From Eledone cirrhosa (taxonomy: Eukaryota): a stretch of DNA of 64,000 bases. Position 1 is the stretch's first letter. The number at the start of each line of letters is the position of its first letter. The DNA lies in assembly GCA_964016885.1 (NCBI GenBank), contig OZ024760.1:14074001-14138000 (forward strand). Direction: 5' to 3'. Positions 44,984 through 57,660 of the stretch are shown here, one piece after another. The notes beneath the pieces were generated by a model, which saw only the letters and a list, made by a program, of their open reading frames with translations, made no database searches and was not told the origin of the DNA. The position numbers and the translations under genes are program-made.

Positions 44984-45600
44984 TACTAGTATTGTAGTAA
45001 CTGAAGGTGTGTAAACACAATAAAAAGAAACAATAGCAACAATAAAAATATTGCATAAAAGAATTAACCCAAAAAAAGCAGGTGTGACAGGTAAAGAAAT
45101 AATCAATCACAGGTGTGTATATATATATGTCACCATGATGATGATGATCATCATTATCATCATTTCAAATAAATGTTAAATAATGAGGATATATTTATAT
45201 GCCTATATATGTATCTATGTGTATATATATATATACTCATGTCTATATACATACACACACACACACATATATATATATATGCACACATATATATACATAT
45301 GCACACACACACACATATATATATATACATACATACACACACACACACACACATATATATATGTGTGTGTGTATATATATATGGAGGCGTGTGGCTGAGT
45401 GGTAAGAGAATTGAACTCTCAATTGTGAGGTTGTGAGTTCGATTCCTGGACCGGGCGATGCGTTATGTCCTTGGGCAAGACACTTTATTTCACGTTGCTC
45501 CTTCTACCTGGAGTTGCGACCGATAGATAGTATCAGCAATTGGAAAGACCAATGGAAACATTGTTTCCTCGGTCCGATTTGACGAAAGTCAATCGACTGT

Positions 45601-45646
<46 letters not shown>

Positions 45647-46288
45647 TATATATGCATTCTGTTTAAAGAGAAAAGTTTATCAGAGTAACTAGGTAACCTG
45701 TGAAAGAATGTGAATGGGTGTGTGGGGATGGGGTCAACATGTGACAATGTAGGGGGTGGGGCTGGAGGAAGAAGGAAGGCCAACATGAGATAGTTCTTTG
45801 ATAGGGGGTACTCAACTGTCAAACTCAACACAATTATATGTAAACAAAAATTCCTTGTTTCTTTCTATTATATACATATGTATATATATATATATGTAAG
45901 TATATGTGTGAAGGAAACAACATCCTCCCTAGTACTGCTGCCACGATAAAATGCATCTGGTGCACCTTGTATAATGCTGGAACATATGCAAGCAATAAAC
46001 AGGCTCCCTACCCATCTGGGAGGTCAGTATCTCTGAGTAAATACTGACTTGGTCTCTGATGACTCATCCAACATTTGCTCGCTTTGAAAAAAATTATTAT
46101 ATGATGATGGTAATGGTGATGAAGATGATAATGATGATGATGATGATGATAAATGTGCGCTAAACTGCACACAAGCAAAGTGGCTGATGAAGTAAAGATA
46201 TAGCTGTGTCTTATGTAACTGTGTGCATTTTCTTCTGATGGTATATATATATATACCTAAATAAATATATATATATATATACACAGAT

Positions 46289-46323
<35 letters not shown>

Positions 46324-46639
46324 AGAGGAGAGAGAGAAAAGGAGAGAGTGACGAGGAAGAGAGACAGGAGAGAGAGAAAGAGTGGGATAAATAATTGTTT
46401 CTACTTTTGGCACAATGCCAAGTGCTTTATTTTATCGACCCCATAAGGATGAAAGGTGAAGTTAACCTCGGTGGGATTTGAACTCAGACCGTAAAGGGCT
46501 GTAACTTCAATGGGAGAAATAATTGAAGGCTTTCAGTACAAATCTGACTAGAGAGTGACAGTAGGATGTTGAAAGCCTTCAATAAAGTTGAAAAATACAG
46601 ACTGGAAACCTGTCGATGTGTATAAAGTTGTAGTAAGTT

Positions 46640-47620
46640 GGGGAGTGGAATGTCAGTGTAAAAAGGAAGTGTAGTGTGGAATGTTAGCCAGTGTAAAATG
46701 GAAGTGTAGTGTGGAATGTTAGCCAGTGTAAAATGGAAGTGTAGTGTGGGATGTTAGTTGTCAGTGTAAAATGGAAGTTTAGTGTGGAATGTCAGGGTAG
46801 TGTGGAATGTCAGTGAAAAATGGAAGTGTAGTGTGGAATGTTCAATTACACTGATAACTATGTCAGTGTAATTGAAGTGTAGAGTGGAATGTTTGTCAGT
46901 ATTTTTGTTTTTACTACTTAGTCAGGGATGGAAGGGTCTATAGGGGTCTGAAACTGATGAAAAAGAAGGGAAGGGAAGTACCCTTTGAGACTGATGTGTG
47001 GGTGGGAGAGAGAGAGGTAGCCACAAATTGGAGACCTGGTCCAAATGCTAGCAACAGAGTGGTCTCTGCTAAAGGCACCCAAGTGTAAATTACGAGGGTA
47101 CTATAAAGTGGAAAGCTAGATCTCAATGTAGAATAGTAGTGTAGTGGAGTGTGAAATGGAGCTGAAGACTGACAGTGTAACCCAGAAGTGTAGTGTAGAG
47201 TAGGGTGGAAAATCAACTGACAATATTACGCAGTGGTATAGTGTAACATGGAGCAAAGATTAGCACAGAGTGGAAAATTGACAGTGTAACACGAAAGTGT
47301 AGTATAGTATGGGGCAGAAAATCAGCTGACAGTGTAACATGAAGTGTTGTTTAGAGCGGAAAATTTACAGTGTAACATAGAAGTGTGGTGTTGTATATCA
47401 GGGCGTGGAAAATCATCTGACAGTGTAACACAAAAGTGTAGTACAGTATAGAGCAGAAAATCAGGTGACAGTGTAACATGGAAGTGTAGTGTTGTGTAGC
47501 ATGGAGTGGAAAACTGACAGTGTAAAACGGAAGTGTAGTGTAGCATGGAACGGAAAATCAGCTGGCAGTGTAACACGGAAGTGTAGCATATGGTACGGAG
47601 TGGAAAATTAGCTGACAGTG
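46640..47620. repeat. Two related minisatellites (35-bp agtgtaaaatggaagtgtagtgtggaatgttagcc; ~49-bp tgacagtgtaacac.gaagtgtagt...ggaaaatca)
   Basis: Tandem units at 46640-46900 and 47130-47620. Confidence 0.85.
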
Positions 47621-48618
47621 TAAAATAAAACAAAAAAAAAGAGCATAGTGTAGAAATAACAACAACATTTAAAAAAATAAAACAATAACAACATAATATA
47701 AAAAAATATAAATAACAAATTAAAAAGGAATAAGCAACGACAATAACAGCAGGTATGAACAACAACAGAAAGCAACAATTATAACAGGTGTAAATAATAA
47801 TAATAATAATAATAATAAAAATAATAATAAAGGGAGTTAAAATAAATAAAAATAAAAATAAAATAAAACAAAGCAAGCAGCAAAATAAAAAAATAAAATT
47901 AACCAGCAGCAAATTTAAAAATGAAAATGAAAATAAACTAAAGAAAATTAAATTAAATTAAATTAAATTTGAAAAATAAATTATATATATAAAGCTGGTA
48001 ACAATGTCTTCTTCCTCAATTACCACTCCCCCCTTAGGTGCACGTGTGTGTGCAGGTGTGCATATGCATGCATGTGTGCACATACATAACATTATATATA
48101 TATATATCTAATATATCTAATATATATATTTAATATATATATATATTTAATATATATATATATTTAATATATATATATATTTAATATATATATATATTTA
48201 ATATACATATATATTTTATATATATATATTAAATATATATGTATATATATATATTAAATATATATATATATATATATATTAAATTATATATATATTTATA
48301 TATATATGTTTATATATATTTAATATATATATATATTAAATTATATATATATAGCAGGTGGGACTATGTGGGGTAACAGGGTGGGAATGATTTGAAATAA
48401 AAGATAGACTGGTGCTAGGGCTCGGGTATTGGATGGTAGATAGGTCCAGGGGAGAGATAACTGAAATAGTGCCCATGATGATGGTGATGATGATGATGAT
48501 GATTATGATGGTGATATGATCAAATGTTTTCTCTGTGATAAAGACTGTAAAGCTAGACACATTGATTGTAATATGAGAAATAAAAGGAGGCTGTCTTAAC
48601 ATTGGTAATGGAATTTAA

Positions 48619-49133
48619 TCCTTTAGCATTCAGATTACTCTATATTTAATATTGTATTTTCATGGTAAAGACTTTATCTCACATAATATCAAATCTATGA
48701 TATTTTGATATTGTATTTTCATGATAAAGGCTTTATCTCACATAATATCAAATCTATGATATTTTGATATTGTATTTTCATGATAAAGGCTTTATCTCAC
48801 ATAATATCAAATCTATGATATTTTGGTATTATTTATTTTGATAACAATACCTCAACGTTGGTATGAGTGGCCAGTTACAGCCAGTTTGAACAGAAAGCAA
48901 TAAGAGAATTCTGGCTGGATATGGTCAGTTTAACCTTTTAGCATTTAAATCGTCTGTATCTGGTCAGAATTCTCTCACCTCTTCCTGTTCAAACTGATCA
49001 TAACCGACCTATGTTAAGGTATTGTTCTCAAAATAAATAATATCAAAATCTCGTAGACTCGATATTATGTGAGATAAAGTGTTTCTGTGAAAATACAATA
49101 GTATATATATAGAGTAATATAAATACTAAAGGG
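48619..49133. mobile_element. Same piggyBac-like MITE as an inverted dimer (48619-48933 and 48934-49133), with an internal ~59-bp unit triplicated
   Basis: ttaa|tcctttagcatt...; junction ttaa|ccttttagcattt; end aatactaaaggg|ataa. The unit tattgtattttcatg.taaag.ctttatctcacataatatcaaatctatgatattttg occurs three times. Confidence 0.72.
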
Positions 49134-49329
49134 ATAATAATATAAATTAAAGTATCAGATAAATACCCACCCACCATTGGTCCCCAACACACATACACAG
49201 GGGGTTTATTCGATACAAATTGTATTTTATTGTCTAATGATATAAATTATTTGCAATATTTGATGATGTAATATACATGTTCAGTAGACATTAGATATAT
49301 ATGTTTGGTGGTGAGTTTATCAGACATAT

Positions 49330-49780
49330 GTCAACCATGAACCAACTGGTGATACATGTTTGATAGAATTCTATCAGTGACATGTGTTCGACAGAAATCT
49401 ACCAGTGACACATGTTTGATAGAAATTTACCAGTGATACATATGTTTGACAGAAATCTACCAGTGCCACGTTTGACAGGAATCTACCAGTGATCGATGTT
49501 TGATAGAAGTCTATCAGTGACACATATGTTTGACAGAAATCTACCACTGATAAATCTGACTAAAGTTGACCAATGGCATAAGTACTAAATATGTGCTATC
49601 AAAAGGCAAATGTTTGACAGAAGTCTATCAGCGACATGTGTTTGACAGAAGTCTACCAGCGATATATGTTTGACAGCCAGCAAGATATGTTTGACAGAAG
49701 TCTACCAGCGAGACATGTTTGACAGAAGTCTACCAGCAACACGTTTGACAGAAATCTACCAGCGAGATATGTTTGATTGA
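49330..49780. repeat. ~28-bp minisatellite (tgtttgacagaa.tctaccag.gaca)
   Basis: About 13 units. Confidence 0.88.
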
Positions 49781-50268
49781 AATAAAAACCACTAATGAAA
49801 AGAATAAAAAAAAATGTGTGTGCGTATACACACACACACGTGTGTGTGTGTATACAACAATATGAATGAAATGTATATATCAAATATACCAGGTAAAAGA
49901 AACGGCTTTTCCAGGAGTGAGGTAGGTGAGGGAATGGTTTGTTTTTGTTTGCTATCATCACTATTATTTTTATAGTCCCCTACACATTGGCCCTTGTGGC
50001 CAATAAATAAATGAAATTATTATTATTATTATTGGGGTCTCAGTCATTGATGTTATTTAACTGGAAAGTTTGTTCAAATGAACATCAAGCCGCTACTTAC
50101 AGCCTCAGATATTCAGGTGTATTGGATAATAGCTTAGCAGTAATTTGTTCTGACGCGAAGTCGATAAAATAAAGTACCAGTCAAATACTGGGGTTGATAT
50201 AAATGACTTTCCCCCGCCCCACAAATTGCTGACCTTGTTCCTAAATTGTTATTATTATTATTAGTAGT

Positions 50269-50646
50269 AGTAAGTTTGTTGAAAGGTGGGTGATATTGGT
50301 GAGTCCGGTCCGAGTGAACAGGCCCGCTCTGAATATGCGCCTGTAGACTAAGGAGTGGGAGAAGTGAGAGAGAGGGCACTTGCCCTGGTGGTCAGGGTGG
50401 CCGTCGTGGTCTTTTGATTGGTTTTTGCCATGAGTAACCCTCAGAGGTTTCCCCCCCTAATGGGGAATTTTCGTCGTTTGAATTTTTTTTGATTTGTTTT
50501 TACACATTTCTATCTTCTTGTTATAACCTTTCTACACGGCCAAAACCCACTTTGTATCGTCTCGTACCTTTCTGTGCCATCTGTAATGTTTTTCTCCATG
50601 TTGGCCCTTGTGGCCAATAAAGAAATCATTATTATTATTATTATTA
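50269..50646 (+). mobile_element. Tx1/L1-like LINE 3' end (ORF2 C-terminus, 3' UTR, (ATT)n tail)
   Basis: SKFVERWVILVSPVRVNRPALNMRL* (50269-50346) fits the F..RW...V...L* ending of Tx1-clade ORF2. The UTR ends ggcccttgtggccaataaagaaatcattattatt. Confidence 0.6.
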
Positions 50647-50846
50647 GGGCGGTGGATTGGCAGTAGCGGTAGAGGGTCGGACGCCATGCTTTGACGCATA
50701 GAGTTACGGCCCTTGCCATTCTGAGTTCAAATCTCACTGAGGTTAACTTTGCCTTTCATCCTTACGGGGTCGATAAAATAAAGTACCAGTAATGCACTGG
50801 GTAATTGCTGGCCTTGTGCCAAAAGTAGAAAGAATTATTATTATTA
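50647..50846 (+). mobile_element. SINE family A, full-length copy (tRNA-derived head, conserved central domain, (ATT)n tail)
   Basis: A-box-like tggcagtagcgg (50658-50669) and B-box gagttcaaatc (50723-50733). The body gttaactttgcctttcatccttacggggtcgataaaataaagtaccagt recurs in about 28 copies in the window and resembles, from memory, the MetaSINE/Sauria-SINE central domain. Tail ggccttgtgccaaaagtagaaagaattattatt. Confidence 0.85.
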
Positions 50847-51834
50847 GTAGTGTAAACATTTTTTTCAAAGGAATACCATTCTTCATAAATATACATTCTA
50901 GACCCCCTCCCCAACTTTCAAATTGGTCCTCATTCCACTAATGAAGTACATTGCCGATTTCATGGACAGTCCCCCCCCCCATACACACCTGACGACCTCC
51001 ACCCCCATCACAATATTTGACAGAGTATGGGTTGGGTGGGGTGGATTGGACTTCAGGAAATATAAATAACCAGGAGAGAATGTAAATATACTGTAAAAAT
51101 AATTGTTTCTACTTTTAGGCACAAGGCCAGCAATTACCCAGTGCATTACTGGTACTTTATTTTATCGACCCCATAAGGATGAAAGGCAAAGTCAACCTCG
51201 GCGGGATTTGTAAAAATAATGCTATCAACAACACCACCACCACCATCACCAACAACACCACCACCATCATCATCAACACTACCACCACCATCAACACCTC
51301 CATCACCATCAACAACACCACCATTATATTAATTTCTGAAAAAGGTGGTTTGGGAAAAAAGGGGTGGGATGGTGGTAGGAGTAACATTGAGCAAATCAGT
51401 GGTGGTGGTAGTGGTGGTGGTTTTGGCTATGGTGGTGTTGGTAGTAGAAGTGACTGTAGTGGTGGTGGTGGTGGTGGTAGACATATTTTTTTTTATATTC
51501 TGTCTTTGAGAAGAAGGCAGAAATAAAATCAGGAAAATATTCTAAGAATGGAAGAATGTAAAGATTATTATTGAGCAATCCATGATGGAGTTTGGTGTGT
51601 GTGTATGTAGGGGGCGAGTAGTGTGGGAGGGAGGAGTAGTGTTGGAGAAGGGGCAGTAGTGTGTGTGTGGGGGGGGGGAGTAGTGTTGGAGAAGGGGGAG
51701 TAGTGTGGTGAGGTGATTTTGAGCAAATGTTATGTACAGAGGTGTGTGCATATATATATATATATACACACACACATATATATATATATAGATATGTACA
51801 TTTATATTTGTATATATATATCTATATCTATCTC

Positions 51835-51866
<32 letters not shown>

Positions 51867-51956
51867 CATACAAATATAAACATACATATACATGTATTTA
51901 TGTGTGTGTGCAGATATTTATATATACATATAAAATGATGATAATGATGTTGATAA

Positions 51957-51995
<39 letters not shown>

Positions 51996-52616
51996 CGCTT
52001 ATACTCTACATGATCTCAGACATCATCAATATTTCTTGACCCTTATATTCCATCAACTGACCAGTGCCAACTATTGATACAGGGAGACAGGCATTATATA
52101 TATATATATATATGGGAAATTAGTCAGGACCCTGACGGCTGAGCTCCGGCCATTTCGTCGACAGCTTGATCCGAACTAAACCGGTAGTGTTTATATATCA
52201 TCATCATCATCGTTTAACGTCCATCTTCCACGCTAACATGGGTTTGGATGGGAATTTTCCCACTTGAGGCAAGATTGGTTGTCTTGCTCGTATAGGACTG
52301 TCTGGCAGGTTTTCTACGGCTGGATGCCCTTCCTAACACCAACCACGTTTACAGTGTGGACTGGGAGGTTTTTACCGTGTTACCTACACGGCCACATTAC
52401 AGCGTGGACTGTGTGTTTTTTTGTCGTTACACCTACACGACCTAATTTATTTAGGATTGGATGTTGTGGTACCAACATAACTTTACATATAAAGGGGTGG
52501 TGTGGATGGGGTGGGGGTAGTGGGACGGGGGTGTATTTTGGTTAAGAGGTGCCTACTGACTGTAGGTTTTGCTTTGTACTTAGGCAAGGCGGGTCTTCTG
52601 TATTACTGCATAGCGC

Positions 52617-52654
<38 letters not shown>

Positions 52655-52813
52655 TGTTTGTTAAGAAACTATAAAAAAATGCAAGTATGTTAGTAAGTGT
52701 TTATGTGAATGCGTATGGTGAATAGTTACAAGGTTCTACTCAACACACACACACACAACTTGTATAAAAATGACTGTACACATACACATATATATATGTG
52801 CGTGTGGATGATG

Positions 52814-52844
<31 letters not shown>

Positions 52845-53108
52845 AATGATGAATCAAAACATATCAAATATGTTTAGAATTTTGTGTTTCTCAATAAGTA
52901 AGCTAAGCTTAATAGATTTTATCTAATAATAACCAAATTAAAAGATATATGTTTATATATATAGAGAGGAAGAGCCATTTCTCTCTATATATAAACATAT
53001 ATATATATATATATATACATATATATACACACCTCCAAAGTTGGGCTTCAAGAGATGTGTGTATGTAGATGATTTAGAATTAGAAGATGAAAATGACTAT
53101 GAATATAC

Positions 53109-53149
<41 letters not shown>

Positions 53150-53428
53150 CATTCACACATACACATCTCCATAGCTGTGCTTACAGAAATTCATGTAGAT
53201 GGGTTAAAAAGAGAAAGAAAATAAGTAATTAAATTAAAAACAAAGTGTTTGTGCATTTTTTAAAGAAACCAAGTTCCTCTCCTCTCATACGACCCCAACC
53301 TCCACCACCAGGAGGAACGTAATGTCCCCCAACTTTAGAAGGTGTGTAATGTAAATTATGAAATGTGTACGAATTAAGTACTTTTTAAAGGTTTTTCATA
53401 TATTTACATTTATATATATATATATATA

Positions 53429-53748
53429 CAGTGTACCCCCGGTTATTCATGGAATTTTCTTTAGAACCTAACTAATAATTGTTCGTGGAAACCATCACAT
53501 ATCCGCGGAATCGGAAATTTCTTCCGTGATTTTTTAATGGCTTTTTTCATGGCAATATATTAGTATATTTTTTCACGTTTTTTAACGCTAAATTATTAAT
53601 AACTTTATACCATATTTGCCGGCCTATATTTTACGTTATGTTTTGACTTTTATAGACATTTTTATGGACCACTCCCAATATTCATGGTTTTTCCATCTTT
53701 GCGGGTGCTCCAGGAACGTAATCCCTGTGAATACCGGGGCAACGACTA
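53429..53748. mobile_element. pogo/Tigger-like MITE with TA flanks
   Basis: Ends ta|cagtgtacccccggttattcatgga ... tccctgtgaataccggggcaacgacta|ta, with subterminal ggaacgtaatccc. Confidence 0.7.
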
Positions 53749-54009
53749 TATATATATTTTTTTATTTTATTTTATTTTTTTTTAATGTTTTTCCATTTGT
53801 GGCCCCCAAAAGTGGTGATAAATATAAATATAAAATATAAAATTGTAATTATGGTAAATGAGATTCTGTAATAATATTTCTACTACAATCATCACATTTA
53901 AAAGATATACAGAAGTGTAAAAAAAACAAACAAACATACACACAAACAAAACAACTATATTAGTGGGAGTCCCAAACACAGAAAATAACTGTAACAACAG
54001 TTGATCATA

Positions 54010-54127
54010 CCTAAGAAAATTGGGTAAAATACCTCAAGACAGAAAAAGTGGCCTGTAGTTGTTTCTTTGAAGCAGCCACTAGTCATTTTTCCTCCATCTC
54101 TAGTGGTATTTTATCCAATTTTCTAAG
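54010..54127. repeat. ~118-bp imperfect full-length fold-back
   Basis: agaaaattgggtaaaatacc / ggtattttatccaattttct, with inner gaaaaagtggc..agttgtttc-ttt-gaagcagc..agtcatttttc. Confidence 0.75.
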
Positions 54128-54511
54128 CTATTATTTATAGTGATTGATGGTTGTTTGTTGTTTTCTATATTTGAGATTCTCACACTTACAAATTTCAAAT
54201 CACCCAGCTCTTTGATAATTCATAGCAACTCTATCAGTGTTTTAAAAAAATTATTTTTCCATTTTCTGTCCAGAAATTTTATACCCTATTTTAATAGCCT
54301 GGGTAATAAGAATCAGCCTTTCCCATGTCTTGCATTTATCTTTCTTATCTTATTTAGACAAGAAGAAGGACAGGGGTCATAACCGTTTTAATGTCCTCAA
54401 AGACAAATGGGTGAGCATGAGCAAGATCTCTTCAAACCAGAGGCCTGGCCCCTAATGCTTTCAATTAACACAGAGTGAACCATGTTAAAGGCATCCTAGG
54501 CTTCTAAGGAT

Positions 54512-54670
54512 CACTAGTTCCCATACTGTGGTCTACAGATCACTGGGATGGTCCGCAAAGTTAGTACTGGACATTTGCGAGAATGTTGACTAGACAAGAA
54601 AAGGGTTTCATAGAAAAAAATTCATTTAAATAAAATGGGTTCTTGGTAGTGAAAAGTTTAATAACTACTA
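54512..54670. mobile_element. Degraded hAT-like MITE; a similar right end lies at about 2145-2210
   Basis: cactagttcccatactgtggtc...aaaagtttaataactacta. 2193-2210 reads aaaaagtttgggaaaccctg. Confidence 0.5.
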
Positions 54671-54954
54671 GACTAAGTGGTAGTGTTAAACCGGGTGACA
54701 GGTTAAATCTAACCTCTCAAAAAAGGATTATACCATTGGGGGAAGGAAGGCATTCTTAATCCAGAGATTTGGTTTAAATGCTTACAACAGAGCTGGGACC
54801 TGCTAGATGGACCCAAGGACTAGGTGGTGGGGTTAACCTGGGTGACACATTAAGTCAACCATCCTAAAGCATGTTATCCCATGGGAGAGACAGGAAGGCC
54901 TCCTCAAACCAGATACCTGGTCTGAAAGCTTGGATGGCCCGTTTGAAATAGGCC

Positions 54955-55272
54955 AACCCTAACCCTAACATGCACCTGTAGGCTGGAAAGATGGAGAGAG
55001 AGAGTGACGCCCTCCTAGAGTGCTCATGGAGATGAGGGTGGGTTGGGATTTGTGAGGTTCCTAACGTTACCCCTGGCATCTCCCCCCGCCCCCCCCCCCC
55101 CCCAATTGGGGAATTCTGTTGTTGATATTTTTGTCAATTGTTTTAGTTAATTTTTTCTTTTACTCAATTGCATGTAAACCCCCACTGTCCCCGTCTTTGT
55201 ATTGTCCTCTATGTATGGCCCTTGTGGCCAATAATAAACATTATCATTATTATTATTATTATTATTATTATT
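54955..55272 (+). mobile_element. Second copy of the Tx1-like 3' end
   Basis: ...aacatgcacctgtag (NMHL*), GA-rich segment, ggggaatt, and tail ggcccttgtggccaataataaacattatcattatt, collinear with 50330-50646. Confidence 0.6.
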
Positions 55273-55447
55273 TATATATTTTAAAAGGATTGACATAACT
55301 CTTCACAAATGTAAATAGACAATACAAAGAGAGCGAAGAGTGTTAATCACTTTCCATTAAAAACTTGACAAAGACAAAGTAACTGTCGAAATATTGTTCA
55401 ACAAATCTATTGCAATCGCATCACACTCTTCTTATTGTCTATTATTA

Positions 55448-55790
55448 TGGCCTGCATGATTGGGTCTACTCTAACCATGCGCCTATAGGCCAGCTAATTT
55501 GGGAAGGAGAGGGGTGCTCTCCCCAGGTACCCTAAAAACGCAGGATGGTTCAGGATTGGTGGGGTACCTGAGTCCCCCCTGAGTCATCCACCCACACCCC
55601 TCTATAGGGGAATTTATTTTGTTATATTTATGCATAGTTTATTTTATATTTTTTTTATATCTTCATTGACTTGCCATTGTGCTCTTTTACTCGACCTTAT
55701 TGTAACCCCCCCCCCCACTATCCCTGTCTTTGTATTGTATCCTACATGTCGGCCTTTGTGGCCAATAAATGAAATCATCATTATTCCTTG
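55448..55790 (+). mobile_element. Third copy of the Tx1-like 3' end
   Basis: ...accatgcgcctatag (TMRL*), ggggaatt, ctgtctttgtattgt, and tail ggcctttgtggccaataaatgaaatcatcattatt. Shorter tails of the same family occur at about 30427-30570 and 49985-50032. Confidence 0.6.
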
Positions 55791-56988
55791 TGGTTAATAA
55801 AGAAAGTATTATTAAATCATTATTATTATTACTATTATTATTATTATTAATATTATTCCAAATTAGTTCAGTTCTTAGACTAGTGAGGATATTTAATCTA
55901 CCAATGAAGTCAACTGACCTCAGATTCAAAGCAACTTGCAAAAAAAAAAAAATGTTTGCAATTCCCAACAAAGCATTATTATTATCATCATCATCATTAG
56001 TTTTCTTCTTGTTGGAAATTTGTTATATTTGTTATTTGAACTCTGTGTTGTAATTCAGCCTTGTATTGTCTCCAACTTCAGACCCTGTGGCCATTATTAT
56101 TGTTGTTTTTATCATTAAGGTACAAGGTGAATTTGTCCAAGTCATGGTGAAAGAATTATAAATCTTTTTTTTAGGCCTTTACAGTCCAATTGTGGTGGGA
56201 CACACAAAAAAACTGGACCTTGAAGAAATTGAAGGAGACATTGTTGAAGAGGAGAGTGGCTACCCTCAGTCATGTCTAATTTATCCACCAAGCATAACTT
56301 TTGCCATGGTCAGCAGACAGAGGAAAAATGCCAGACTTTTCCAGCTAAATTGAAGAAAAGGGAATCCTTGCAAAGGACCTGGCTGATAGCCAACAATTTT
56401 TTGGGGAAGGGAAAGTCGATTAAATCGTCCCCAGTGCATTACTGGTACTTTATTTTATCGACCCTGTAAGGATGAAAGGCAAAGCTAACCATGGCAGGAT
56501 TTGAACTCATAGCGTAAAGCGCTGGCAATAATAATAATAATAATAATTGTATAAAACCCGTGAAAAAAAAATAATGATAATAATAATAATAATGTTAATA
56601 ATAATAATAATAATAATAAAATTAACTGTATGAAACCCGTGAAAGAAGGAATGATAATAACAACATCAACAACAACAACAATAATAATAATAATAATTTC
56701 CTGGAGGGTTATAGGGAGACATCAACATTTTAAAGATGTAACAAAGAACTCTGAAGGGAGAGAAATTAGATAAATTATAACCCAATTCAAACGACCCCTT
56801 ATATCATAGAAGAAAACACACACACATACATAAACATAAAAAAACAACTAATAGAATATTAGTAACGTACTAAATTTTTTTCAGTCATGGATTCTGCTGC
56901 TTATCAAGAATATGGCATTTGAAGACTCCTCCCCCACCAACACAACCACCCAGCCCATCAACCGAGCTCAATCATTTGTTTAATAATG

Positions 56989-57265
56989 CAAAGGTTCTCA
57001 AACTTTGTGGGCCACTTCCCCCCTCACGGCCAAATAATACCCTCAGCACGCCCCTAACCCTATTTTCAGAGAGACCGGCCTACATGCAAATCATAAATAA
57101 AATCTTTAATTTATATATAATAAATAATATAATACATACTTTGTATAAATAAGTATATATATATAATATGTATCATTTGATATTTAATATACTAATATAT
57201 CATCTCTCCCCTTAGCCTCCCCCCCGAGGGGGGGCGGGGCGTAGTGTTACCTTTGAGAACCTCTG
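56989..57265. mobile_element. hAT (Charlie-like) MITE
   Basis: TIR caaaggttctcaaa / tttgagaacctctg. The 8-bp flanks taataatg and gcttaatg share taatg (eroded TSD). Confidence 0.72.
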
Positions 57266-57448
57266 GCTTAATGGTATTTTTCATATGACCTTTTTAGCCT
57301 TAAAATTCTGGAGGTAAGAGATGGTGGGGGTTGTCCAATTAAAATTTGCAATCAAGATTATATATATTTTATCATATTGTGTGTATCCAGCTTAGAATAT
57401 ATACACCGTATCCCAGGATGTTGTAAAGAGGTGATTAAAAGGGTTTTG

Positions 57449-57660
57449 GGTGCCAGGAAGAGCATCTGGCTGTAAGACATTTCTTTAAAAAAGACCCCAT
57501 GATGAATAAAAATGTTGTTATGGGATGAGTTAGCTTGGTGCCAGGAAGGGCACCTGGCTGTAAAACATTTCTTTAAAAAGGACCCCATGATGTGTAAAAA
57601 GTTTGTTTTGGGATGGGTTAGCTTAGTGCCAGGAAGGGCATCTGGCTATAAAACATTGCT
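57449..57660 (+). repeat. 88-bp tandem array derived from the RTE-like segment of SINE-B
   Basis: gtgccaggaag.gca.ctggct.taa.acatt at 57449, 57537 and 57625. Confidence 0.8.

Noticed and set aside
52125-52190. GC-rich island with ctgacgg...taaaccggta (also 23500-23640, 32900-33110, 33620-33690)
   Set aside because: Possibly further decayed Penelope-like ends, but the core boxes are too eroded to call.
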